A DNA stretch of 64,000 nt, taken from NCBI GenBank assembly GCA_002269645.1, contig NIVC01003562.1:27137-91136 (forward strand), given 5' to 3'. The DNA comes from Macrostomum lignano (lineage: Eukaryota). Shown here in pieces: positions 1 to 11,600 of this stretch. The position numbers and the translations under genes were made by a program. Within the stretch, counting starts at the first letter, position 1. Each line of letters begins with the position of its first letter. Below the pieces are notes generated by a model. The model saw only the letters and a list, made by a program, of their open reading frames with translations. It was not told where the DNA came from and made no database searches.

Positions 1-1808
1 TCTATTATATAGAAATAAACAATTGTATTTAATTCAATAGTTATACTAAATTCTAATATAGTAATAAAAATGACTATAATACAAATTATAATATAATAAC
101 TTACCCCAAAGTTGAATCTCAACATTACTGGTTCACATTTTCTTCTATTTTCTTCACAAAGAGATCGACAAGGCTTTAAATGAGCACGAAGCACATTGCA
201 GACAGGGAAATAAAGCACACAAAGAAATAGCTTCAGTGTTGAACTGCACTTTACATTAATAAGTGCTTTGTAACTTTCAATTTCTCTGTCAGCATCTTCT
301 TGAGTTTGATGACCCAGAATATTTGGAAAGTTGGTTCGATTGTAAGGCAGATCAGTGCAGACTTTTGACTGTAAAACCATGCATTCCTGTTTCTGATCAT
401 ATCTTCCATCTGATTCTAGGCTGGAGACCACTGAATTCGCTGAACAAGAGAAACACAAGCAAAGAGCATAAGCTAAGTAAAAAATTAACTTCGGTGGAGC
501 CATTATTAGTCGCTTATCTTTTCACGTTCTGTCAACCGTCCAGATAGAAGCTGTTTAGACAGTAGACTGTAGACAGTCTGTTCTATAGCTAGGAAGCTAG
601 ACAGGCCTACTTTATCTTAAACATTAGCACTAAGTGATTAACCGTAAATCAAAAAATACAATCTTAAAATTTGACTAGTCCAAACAGGAAATATTAGATA
701 CAATGACAAAATTAAAGTGGTGAATATAACTGGAACAAGACCAAGAGTAGCATGGACACGATGGAAGGTTGTTCTGTGAGGTGTAACTATGGAAATAGAT
801 AATTTTTTTATGTTTGTCGATTGTGAAATTAAATTTGATAGTTCACTAAACGAAGTATAATAAATGAATCACACTTGCTACGTTAATCTTTAAAATTAAG
901 GTAAATGAGTTTTTTTATGTTGTGTAATAATATTTTTTTGTTTCTTATAGAGTAACTTATTTCAGGTAACATGAGTTGATGCTCATTTTAACTTCATGGC
1001 GATAAATAATTTAAGCACAGTTTTGCATGTGGCATTCGTCAATTGTCGATAACATTATTCAGTTGTAAGCCTGATTTTTTATTTTTATCTTTTGATTAGG
1101 ATTGCTTTAAGCATTATTCAATGTCACAAGGCAAGGCAAGTCCAAGAGGCTCTAAATCTGAGTATGATTCGTCATCTCAGTAAGTTTTTTCTTTTATTGT
1201 TTGTCATTGTTTTTGTTAGTCTTAGTCCTATGGCATGTGTGACAGTATCATCAGCAGAAAATAATCCATGGCAGTGCTTATATCAGAACTCGTTATATAA
1301 ACTTTAATATGTAGGACCAGCCTGAAGTCTCAATTTAAAACCTTCTATACTAATTATTGGTCATTTTAGCATTTGGCTCATTTTAGTTTAGTACTATCTT
1401 GCATGTATAAAAGCTCTTAGTAAGACGTAGCTACATAGATCTAAAGATCTAAAATAGTAAACTGAGTTCTGATACGTGTAGAAAATGCATTGATAAAAAT
1501 TTTATTTAGGTCTACTGAATCATCATTTCGTTGCAAAGTTGAGATTTTTTAAGCTTAGCAAAATTTCAAATTGAATATTTTTGGTGGACTGACTGTCTTA
1601 CTGTCTATTTTGCTGTGAGCTTACACTGGTGAAAATCAAACTAAGGGCTATGGTCTTTTTGTAACATTTTAAAAAGAATCCATAAACTATGCAGTACTGT
1701 AAATTTATTTTGATTTTATTAGTTTAAGATATTTTAAGAGGCCTGACTACTAAAGTTAAACTTAAAAGGCGAATTTTATTAAATGCGATTTTTTAAACTT
1801 TTGTTCAG

Positions 1809-3696
1809 ACACTCCTCCTATGGCGACTCGCTGTCCTACACGTACAGCACGTACGGTTCGGGCTCCGAACCCGACTACATCATGCTTGAGATTCGAATCA
1901 AACAGCAGGCGGATGACATTGTGCTGCTACAGAAGCTGAACCGCAGACTGAGGGAGGACTTGGAGCTGGAGAGGTCTCAAGGGATGCAGAGGTTGAAGAA
2001 GCTGGACGCTGCCGCTAAGGCTGGTGAGTCTCACAACAATAAATGATTTGGCATTGGCATGACTCATATGTTTTATGAGTAGTTTAGTGTGACTTTGCAT
2101 GACTCGCATCTACTGTTTGTCGCTGGCATCGAGGAATCGAACCCGGGACTTTGTGTACTTTATTTATCATTTTCAGCCGAAAAGCGAATCCAAGAACTGT
2201 CCGTCGAACTGGCCCGATCACGTGACGTTGTAAAACACTACCAAGAGCTGCAGGAGGCTCAGGAGAATGAAATGCTCGAATGGGCGGCCACCAAGGAGGC
2301 TCAAGATGATCGAAAACGAATCGAAGCCCAGATCCAGCAGCTGGAGTCCGACATCGCCCAGGGTAAAGAGGAGATGAAGAATGGAAATTACGAGAGCACG
2401 CAGCAGAGAGCGGCGATTAGGAAAGCTCAGGAGGAAAAGTGCATCGCTCAGGTGAGGTCATAAATCAATAAATTACATGTACCCTGCACGTAGTGACCTT
2501 AAATTAGTTTTGTGGTGGCTGATTTTCATCTGACACCCCAAATTGACGCCCATCTGACACGCCAAATGAAAGGCTGTCTGATACCTTTATCTGACTACCC
2601 CTGACATCCAAGGTTAGCAACCATCTGACACAAAAAATGACGATCATCTGACACCCCAAATTGAAGACCATCTGACAACCCAAATTGATGACCAACTGAA
2701 ACCTTTAGCTGACTAGCCCTGACAACCCAAGTTAGCGACCATCTGACACCGCAAATTGATGACCAACTGACACCCCAAATTGGCGACCATCTGACACCCC
2801 AAATTGATGACCAACTGACACCCCAAATCGACAACCATCTGAAACCCCATATTGGCGACCATCTGACACCCCAAATTGATGACCAACTGACACCCCAAAT
2901 TGACGACCATCTGACACCCCAACTTCGTTGTCATTCCAGCGACTACTCGAAGCCAGCGAAAAAGAGCGCCACGACCTCGAGAAGAAGCTGGCCGAACTCG
3001 AACGATTGAACCGGCGGCAGGAGAAAGCACTGGAAGGCGCCGCGCAGGGTTGGATTAAGAAAAATCACGAGATGGAAGTTCTGTGCGAGGATCTCAGATG
3101 GAGAATGGTTCGTGCCTCGGCAGCGTTGGGAATCCGCCCCTCTATCCTGACACCCACCGGGAATCCGCCCCTCTCCATCCCTGACACCCACCGGGAATCC
3201 GCCCCTCTCCGTCCCTGACACCCACCTGGAATCCGCCCCTCTCCGTCCCTGACACCCACCGGAATCCGCCCCTCTCCATCCCTGACACCCACCGGAAATC
3301 CGCCCCTCTACATCCCTGACACCCACCGGGAATCCGCCCCTCTATCTCCGACACCCACCGGGAATCTGCCCTTTCCGCTTTTCATAGAATGGGGGAGTAA
3401 CTGCATGGAAATCCTGTCTCCAACCGTGGAAACCGCAGGTGGACTCTAAAAGCGGCATTGTGCTCGGCAGTCACGGCGCAAAACGCGGCGCTGATTCAAA
3501 ATCTGCCGCAGGAAAATCTGCGCAGGCAACAAAGCCGGACAGACGGCCAAAGACCTCAGCATCCTCAGCGGCATCTTCCACAGCTTCAACCAATAAGAAG
3601 ACAGGCTCAGCAAGTCGCAGCAACGATCACGCCAACAATGCTACTGCTACTACTAATAGTAATAAAAATAGCGGCGTAGTAAGCAAAACTAAATAA
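1809..3696 (+). CDS. Partial multi-exon gene for an uncharacterised coiled-coil protein with a Ser/Thr/Lys/Asn-rich tail (exons 1809-2023, 2177-2451, 2940-3107, 3439-3696; 5' exons unresolved)
   Basis: AG/GT boundaries with consistent phases join heptad-like E/K/R/Q/L-rich frames (KQQADDIVLLQKLNRRLREDLELE; EKERHDLEKKLAELERLNRRQE). The donor at 3108 (GTTCGT) is weak. No family recognised. Confidence 0.6.
2527..2922. repeat. Intronic minisatellite, 24-bp unit (CCATCTGACACCCCAAATTGATGA)
   Basis: CTGACACCCC recurs at 24-bp spacing (2767, 2791, 2815). Confidence 0.9.
3128..3375. repeat. Intronic minisatellite, 34-bp unit (GAATCCGCCCCTCTCCATCCCTGACACCCACCGG)
   Basis: About 7 tandem copies; same unit as 4545-4920. 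Confidence 0.9.
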
Positions 3697-4403
3697 AAAA
3701 ATTCTGCTTAAAAATGATTACTTTTTATTAACAGTAGTATTTGAGTACTGAGAAAGTTTCATTTTCTTGAACAGACTCAATTAAGTCTGTTGTTGATTAA
3801 TCAAGGTTGCTAGCGAATTGATGCCTCACCTGACTTATATTGATTTTTTATGGATTTTATTCAACAGACAGAAGTTAAAAAAGTGTATTTTTTATTTGAT
3901 GATGAACTGGATTTTTTGTAGAAATTTTACAGCTCAACTTTATAATTTATTGGTGTAACTTTTTTGTGTACTTTTAAATATAACTTCTGAGTAATGGGTC
4001 TATTTATGATATTTTTGTATTATTTTTTAAATAAAAGGATTTTTTGTTAATGTTTTTTATGTGCTTTTATTGTGCATCAAAATATTTTCATACAATCACT
4101 TCTAAATGCATCTGATGTTTCTATCTGATTCCCATCTGATTCCCCATTCCTTATTCGCCATCTGATACCCCATCTCTGATTCTCCATCTGAATCCCCATC
4201 TCTGATTCCCCATCTCATTCTCCATCTGATTCCACATCTGATTCCACATCTCATTCTCCATCTGATTCCACATCTGATTCCACATCTGATTCTCCATCTG
4301 TATCCCCATCTGATTCCCCATTTTTGATCCCTATCTGAGTCCCCATCTGAATACTTCTGTTGTCAATTTCAGCCTTGGTTGCTGTGCCAGCAACGATAAC
4401 ACG

Positions 4404-6215
4404 ATGGCTTCCGCAGACTCTGTAGCGTTCATTACTGGCGGTAGCACAGGCATTGGCCTGCGAATTGCCGAAAATTTTCTAAGGTTAGTCGAATGAAATT
4501 GCTTTATTAGATAATGGATGTTGATAATTGGCCAGGTATTCGCTCTCTATCCATCCCTGACACCAACCGGGTATCCGGATCTCTCCATCCCTGACACCCA
4601 CTAGGTATCCGCCCCTCTCCATCCCTGACACCCACCGGGAATCCGCCCTTCTCCATCCCTATCACCCACCGGGAATCCGCCCCTCTCCATCCCTATCACC
4701 CACCGGGAATCCGCCCCTCTCCATCCCTGACACCCACCGGGAATCCGCCCCTCTCCATCCCTATCACCCACCAGGTATCCGCCCCTCTTCATCCCTGACA
4801 CCCACCGGGAATCCGCCCCTCTCCATCCCTGACACCCACCAGGTATCCGCCCCTCTTCATCCCTGACACCCACCGGGAATCCGCCCCTCTCCATCCCTGA
4901 CACCCACCGGGTATCCGCCCCGATTTCAACCTTCAGATCCGGCTCAAAAGTTTTCATTGTCAGTCGAAAGCCCGAAAATCTTCGAGCAGCCGCAGAGCGC
5001 TTAAAATCGCTGGGATTTGAGGAATCGCGGTTTGGCACTGCTAGCGTAGATGTTCGAAAGGTACATATTAACCTGCATAAGCTATGTACTGTACATGAAT
5101 GTGCATGTATCTTCTCACATTAGCTCGCGCATTGTTTTGTAGTTTCCTGAAATTTCCTCAGCCGTGCAGTTGTGCCTGGATAAATTCAAACGATTGGACT
5201 ACCTGGTGAATAGTGAGTTGTGATGGCTGTAGTGCCTGTGCTTGGGAGGCGTACCTGTGCTATAAACATGGTTATCGAAAAGTACCATATCTACATGTAC
5301 GACGCAAACTGGGCATGCGCTTAGTACGATGTCAGGTGACTCTAAAATAGAGGTCCTAGAGGTAACCGAAATGCATGTATTATGTCTGGTGGCGCCTAAG
5401 CCAGGTGTCAGGTAGCGGCTAAGATAGGGTGTCAGATGGCGTCCAAGATAGGGTGTCAGATGGCGTCTAACATAGGGTGTCAGGTGGCGTCTAACATGAT
5501 GTCAGGTGGCGTCTAACATGATGTCAGGTGGCGTCAAATAAAGTCTCGGATGGTCCCAACTGACACCCAGGAGCTCATGATAAAAACAGGTGTCAGAAAA
5601 ATATGACGCTAAATATCGTGTCAGATTCAGGTGTCAAAAGCTAAACAGGCGCTAAGCACTTCACTCTCATTTGACTTCGCCTTTCACGCATCCGCAGGCG
5701 CCGCCGGAAACTTTATGTGCCCCGCCGCCAACTTGACACCCAACGGGTTCCGAACTGTGATCGAGATCGACCTGATCGGCACCTTCAACTCCATCAGAGC
5801 CGCCTTCGACGCCTGGATGCGGGACCACGGCGGCGTCATCGTGAACATCACGGCGACGCTGCACCTCGCCGCCGTACCAGGGCAGGCGCACGCCGGAGCC
5901 GCTAAAGCTGGAATCGACGCCCTCACCCGACACCTGGGAGTGGAGTGGTCCTGTCGGGACCGGCCCGTGCGGGTGGTGGCGGTGGCTCCCGGCCCGGTTG
6001 CCGACACGCTCGGCTTTGACAAGCTGGGCGGCGCTACGCTGGATCGACGCTATCTGGTCACCAAGTCGGAGGTGGCCGACATTGTTGTCAACTTGCTGTG
6101 CCGGCGGGACGGCGGCGGGGCCGCTTTTAATGCGCAGACGCTGGTGCTGGACAGGGCGCAGTACCTGGCGTTTGCGTACTTCGATGCGGCTTCTTCGGGG
6201 TCGCCTAAACTTTGA
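4404..6215 (+). CDS. DECR2: Peroxisomal 2,4-dienoyl-CoA reductase (SDR family), 4 exons: 4404-4483, 4937-5060, 5143-5212, 5698-6215, about 263 aa
   Basis: Rossmann motif FITGGSTGIG; LVNSAAGNFMCPA; FRTVIEIDLIGTFN; IVNITATL; HAGAAKAGIDALTRHLGVEW; VAPGPVADT; C-terminal PKL resembles a PTS1. Splice phases 2,0,1 are consistent. Confidence 0.9.
4545..4920. repeat. Intronic minisatellite, 34-bp unit, fills DECR2 intron 1
   Basis: About 11 copies of GAATCCGCCCCTCTCCATCCCTGACACCCACCGG. Confidence 0.92.
5395..5540. repeat. Short degenerate minisatellite (about 21-23 bp, GGTGTCAGGTGGCGTCTAACAT) in DECR2 intron 3
   Basis: About 6 imperfect copies. Confidence 0.75.
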
Positions 6216-6226
6216 CGACTGAACTG

Positions 6227-6930
6227 GTGTCTAGAGGGGTATTGTCGTGTGTCTAGAGGGGTATTGTCGTGTGTAGAGGGGTATTGTCGTGTGTCTAGAG
6301 GGGTATTGTCGTGTGTAGAGGGGTATTGTCGTGTGTCTAGAGGGGTATTGTCGTGTGTCTAGAGGGGTACTGTAGTGTGTCTAGCTGGGTATTGCAGTGT
6401 CTAGAAGGGTATTGTAGTGTCTAGAGGGGTATTGTAGTGTGTCTAGAGGGGTATTGTCGTGTGTCTAGGGGGGTATTTAGTGTGTCTAGAGGGGTATTGT
6501 AGTGTGTCTAGAGGGGTATTGTAGTGTCTCTAGAGGGGTATTGTAGTGTGTCTAGAGGGGTATTGTCGTGTGTCTAGAGGGTTATTGTCGTGTGTCTAGA
6601 GGGGTATTGTCGTGTGTCTAGAGGGTTATTGTCGTGTGTCTAGAGGGGTATTGTCGTGTGTCTAGAGGGGTACTGTAGTGTGTCTAGAGGGGTATTGTCG
6701 TGTGTCTAGAGGGGTATTGTAGTGTCTCTAGAGGGGTATTGTCGTGTGTCTAGAGGGGTTTTGTCGTGTGTCTAGAGGGGTTTTGTTGTGTGTCTAGAGG
6801 GGTATTTTCGTGTCTCTAGAGGGGTATTGTCGTGTGTCTAGGGGGTATTTAGTGTGTCTAGAGGGGTATTGTCGTGTGTCTAGAGGGGTATTGTAGTGTG
6901 TCTAGAGGGGTATTGTAGTGTATCTAGAGG
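6227..6930. repeat. Minisatellite, 22-bp unit (GTGTCTAGAGGGGTATTGTCGT), starting just after the DECR2 stop codon
   Basis: TCTAGA recurs at 22-bp spacing; about 30 copies. Confidence 0.92.
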
Positions 6931-7574
6931 GTCGTTCTAGTTGCTATCCTATATAGTACGCACTAGACACCAGGATACCCCTCCATATCTTAAACATAAA
7001 AAGCAATTTATTATTCTACGATACCTTTTACGACTGTTTCATTCAATCATTTTAATAACAATGAATCATAAATTTTTCCATTACCAATAGTAATTATGCT
7101 AGACAAGTTTTTTAATTGTTTGATTGCGTCATTGATGTGCATCTTCTTAAATTAAACAAAACAATCAATTAGCCAATCTTAATTATTGACTTTTTTAATA
7201 CTTTCAATTTCTAAAAGTTTCAAAATGCAAGTAACAAATTTCCTTAGAAAGGCAATGTGTTTCAAGTCGGTTGACATTTATTATTTTGCAAGCAATCAGT
7301 TTTGCCAAACAGATGAAAAGGCAAATAGATGATGGTCTGATTGATTAGAAAATAGACTCTTAACAACAGACACCATTATGCTGCTGACTCGTGCGCATTT
7401 AACAATCTGTTGGAGGAAACAATTTTAGATAACACATGATGATGTATAAGGTTAAATAAAAGTTGTGTAGACAGCAGTGTCACAATAAAAACATTAGAAC
7501 AGGTTTTCAGCAATCAGGTTAATAGTGTGCGGAGTTTACGGAGTCTGTCTGTTTTATTTTCTGTCTGTCTTATT

Positions 7575-8565
7575 TTCTATCTCTACCTGTCCATCTACTT
7601 GTCTACTACTCGGTCTACCTGTCCATCTACTTGTCTACTAGTCTGTCTACCTGTCCATCTACTTGTCTACTAGTTTGTCTGCCTGTCCATTTACTTGTCT
7701 ACTAGTCTGTCTACCTATCTATCTACTTGTCTACTAGTCTGTCTACCTATCTATCTACTTGTCTACTAGTCTGTCTACCTGTCCATCTACTTGTCTACTA
7801 GTTTGTCTGCCTGTCCATTTACTTGTCTACTAGTCTGTCTACCTATCTATCTACTTGTCTACTAGTCTGTCTACCTATCTATCTACTTGTCTACTAGTCT
7901 GTCTACCTGTCCATCTACTTGTCTACTAGTCTGTCTACCTGTCCATTTACTTGTCTACTAGTCTGTCTACCTATCTATCTACTTGTCTACTAGTCTGTCT
8001 ACCTATCTATCTACTTGTCTACTAGTCTGTCTACCTGTCCATCTACTTGTCTACTAGTCTGTCTACCTGTCCATTTACTTGTCTACTAGTCTGTCTACCT
8101 ATCTATCTACTTGTCTACTAGTCTGTCTACCTATCTATCTACTTGTCTACTAGTCTGTCTACCTGTCCATCTACTTGTCTACTAGTCTGTCTACCTGTCC
8201 ATCTACTTGTCTACTAGTCTGTCTACCTATCTATCTACTTGTCTACTAGTCTGTCTACCTATCTATCTACTTGTATACTACTCGGTCTACCTATCTATCT
8301 ACTTGTCTACTAGTCTGTCTACCTGTCCATCTACTTGTATACTACTCGGTCTACCTATCTATCTACTTGTCTACTAGTCTGTCTACCTATCTATCTACTT
8401 GTCTACTAGTCTGTCTACCTGTCCATCTACTTGTATACTACTCGGTCTACCTATCTATCTACTTGTCTACTAGTCTGTCTACCTGTCCATCTACTTTTCT
8501 ACTAGTTTTTCTACCTGTTTATCTAATTGTCTGTCTGTCTGTCTGTCTGTCTGTCTACCTGTCCA
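7575..8565. repeat. Minisatellite, 32-bp unit built of GTCT/ATCT tetramers, ending in (GTCT)n, downstream of the ELAC2 stop
   Basis: GTCTACTAG recurs at 32-bp spacing (7921, 7953). Confidence 0.9.
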
Positions 8566-8612
8566 TCTGGTAGACCTGTTCAAGCGCCTATCCGTCTCCC
8601 GGTCCCACCCAG

Positions 8613-11600
8613 TCAGTCTCCCCGCTGCTGCGAGTGCCGCCTCTTGCTAGCACGCCGATTGACGGCCCGAGCAGCTCCCGAGCTGCCAGCCGCTTCTCCA
8701 CCATCGCCGCCATCAGTCAGCAGCTGGTCGCCGCCGCCCAGTCGCTCGTGAATCCGATAGGACCGGCGGCCCAGCTCGGCGAAATGCTTAGGAAATACGT
8801 ACGGCAACATTCTGGCTAGACGCGGCAGCCGGTCTAGATCGCCGTTAGCCAGAGACACGCACATGTGATCGTAGGCGAATCCGCAGCCGCTGGTTGCCTT
8901 GCCGTCGATCAGTTTGAGCACGGGCACAGAGCAGGTGTACCGAGTGCTGAAATGCGTCAGAATAGTCAGACCGGCTCGCATCGCGGCCGCCTGGCTCAGG
9001 GCCTGACCAACTGTGCTGTGCTTCTTGGCTCGGGCCTCCGACTCCAGCCCGTCCTGGATATTGGAATGGGGATTGGAGGTTAGCATCTTCGTTTGATCTG
9101 CCTCAGCAAGAGGGATTATAAAATATCTGTCTCTCTGCATCTTCAATCTCTATTTGTCTAATAGCCAAGATCTCTTCTCTATGAAATCTAATCTCACTAC
9201 AAATATAATCTCACAGCATATCTAATCTTAATGCATAGCTTATCTCACAGCATATCTAATCTCACTGCATATCTAATCTCACTGCATAGCTAATCTCACT
9301 GCATGTCTAATCTCACAGCATATCTAATCTCACTGCATGTCCAATCTCACTGCAACCCAATCTTACTGCATATCTAATCTTAGTGCAAATCTTATCTAAC
9401 AGAAAATCTGATGTCTTTGCAATTCTTATCTCACCGCATATCTAATCTCACAGCACATCTAATCTCACTACAAATGGTATCTCTGCATATCTAATCATTC
9501 TCCAATTTTCTATATCTCTAACCTACCGCTATTCTGTTTCTCTGCATCTGCTCACCTGGAAGGTAGCCTCGTGTATAAGCAAGTCGCAGTCCATGCCGCC
9601 CTCAACCAGATTAGCGCAGGGCACGGTGTCCCCGCTGTAAACGATTTTCCAGTCTTTGTGGTCGGACTTGCCACCGCCGCGAATTGCAAATCCGGCCGCT
9701 ACTTTTGTGGAATGCTCGACTCGAATTGCCGCCAGCTGCGGTGAGATATGGGGGCAGGGCAACGCTTCGATTAGAGTTTACTCAGGATTCTTAGAGAGAG
9801 GATTAACTCACGATTCTTGGAGTGGATTAACTCACGATTCTTAGAGTGGATTAACTCACGATTCTTAGAGTGGATTAACTCACGATTCTTAGAGTGGATT
9901 AACTCACGATTCTTGGAGTGGATTAACTCACGATACTTGGAGTGGATTAACTCACGATTCTTAGAGTGGATTAACTCACGATTCTTGGAGTGGATTAACT
10001 CACGATTCTTAGAGAGTGGATTAACTCACGATTCTTAGAGTGGATTAACTCACGATTCTTAGAGAGTGGATCAACTCACGATTCTTGGAGTGGATTAACT
10101 CACGATTCTTAGAGTGGATTAACTCACGATTCTTAGAGTGGATTAACTCACGATTCTTAGAGAGTGGATTAACTCACGATTCTTGGAGTGGATTAACTCA
10201 CGATTCTTAGAGTGGATTAACTCACGATACTTGGAGTGGATTAACTCACGATTCTTAGAGTGGATTAACTCACGATTCTTGGAGTGGATTAATTCACGAT
10301 TCTTGGAGTGGATTAACTCACGATTCTTAGAGTGTGGATTAACTCACGATTCTTAGAGAGTGGATTAACTCACGATTCTTAGAGAGTGGATTAACTCACG
10401 ATTCTTGGAGTGGATTAACTCACGATTCTTAGAGAGTGGATCAACTCACGATTCTTGGAGTGGATTAACTCACGATTCTTGGAGTGGATTAACTCACGAT
10501 TCTTAGAGTGGATTAACTCACGATTCTTAGAGTGGATTAACTCACGATTCTTAGAGAGTGGATTAACTCACGATTCTTAGAGAGTGGATTAACTCACGAT
10601 TCTTGGAGTGGATTAACTCACGATTCTTAGAGTGGATTAACTCACGATTCTTAGAGTGGATTAACTCACGATTCTTAGAGAGTGGATTAACTCACGATTC
10701 TTAGAGAGTGGATCAACTCACGATTCTTGGAGTGGATTAACTCACGATTCTTGGAGTGGATTAACTCACGATTCTTGGAGTGGATTAACTCACGATTCTT
10801 AGAGAGTGGATTAACTCACGATTCTCATAGTAGTAGCTGGATCGTTAATCAACAAACCTTGTTTAATCCCAGCACGTTTTTGACGAATTTCTCGAAACGA
10901 GCCCGAGTCTGCGCAGCGACTTCTGCGTGCAGAGTGACGCCCCAAAATGTTTCTAGCCAGAATAATCTAGAAAGTTAGAGAAATTATGTTAAATTCCGAT
11001 ACAGATCGTTGCAAAGAAACATTAATAAACAGATTATATCTTAAACAGATGCAGATTATTAATTTTCGATACATATCGGCAAACAAAGTCGATTTTAAAC
11101 GACTGGAAATCAAATTTGGGAATATAATAAAGGTTTGTTTAAATCCTTAAAAACTTAATTTCGATACATATCGGATGTTTTTTGCGAAAAAAACAATGCC
11201 TAATACGTGGACTCACTGGAGATCCTTCGCCTCAGCTACGTCGCTCATTCCATCTTCACCGCTGTGCTGCGAAAAGAATTCTAACCAGCGATTGAATCCG
11301 CGCGGACCAATAAAAGCGCAGGGCGACGGCGATTGGCCAGATTCGGCAAAAGCTCGATGTCGAGCTTTCAATAGGCAGAATATGCCCTGTGGAGAGGATG
11401 AGAGAGGTACATATCAGGTAAATGCCATTTTTGCAGGTATGAGATTTGAGGAGCGGATTATAAGGGAAGGCGGATTAGAGGGGCCGATTATAATGGGGGA
11501 GAGCGGATGATGGGAGAGGCCGGAGTTGAGGAGCGGATTTTAGAGGAAGGGCGGATTATTGAGGGTGGATTATGAGGGAGGGCGGATTAGAGGGGCCGAT

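Noticed and set aside
150-1310. Candidate AT-rich mini-exons (for example 293-341, about 697-775) as the 5' part of the coiled-coil gene
   Set aside because: I could not join them in phase without stops; left unresolved pending RNA-seq.
9783-10825. CRISPR-like appearance of the regular 24-44-bp arrays
   Set aside because: Units are head-to-tail with no unique spacers, there are no cas genes, and the context is eukaryotic introns.
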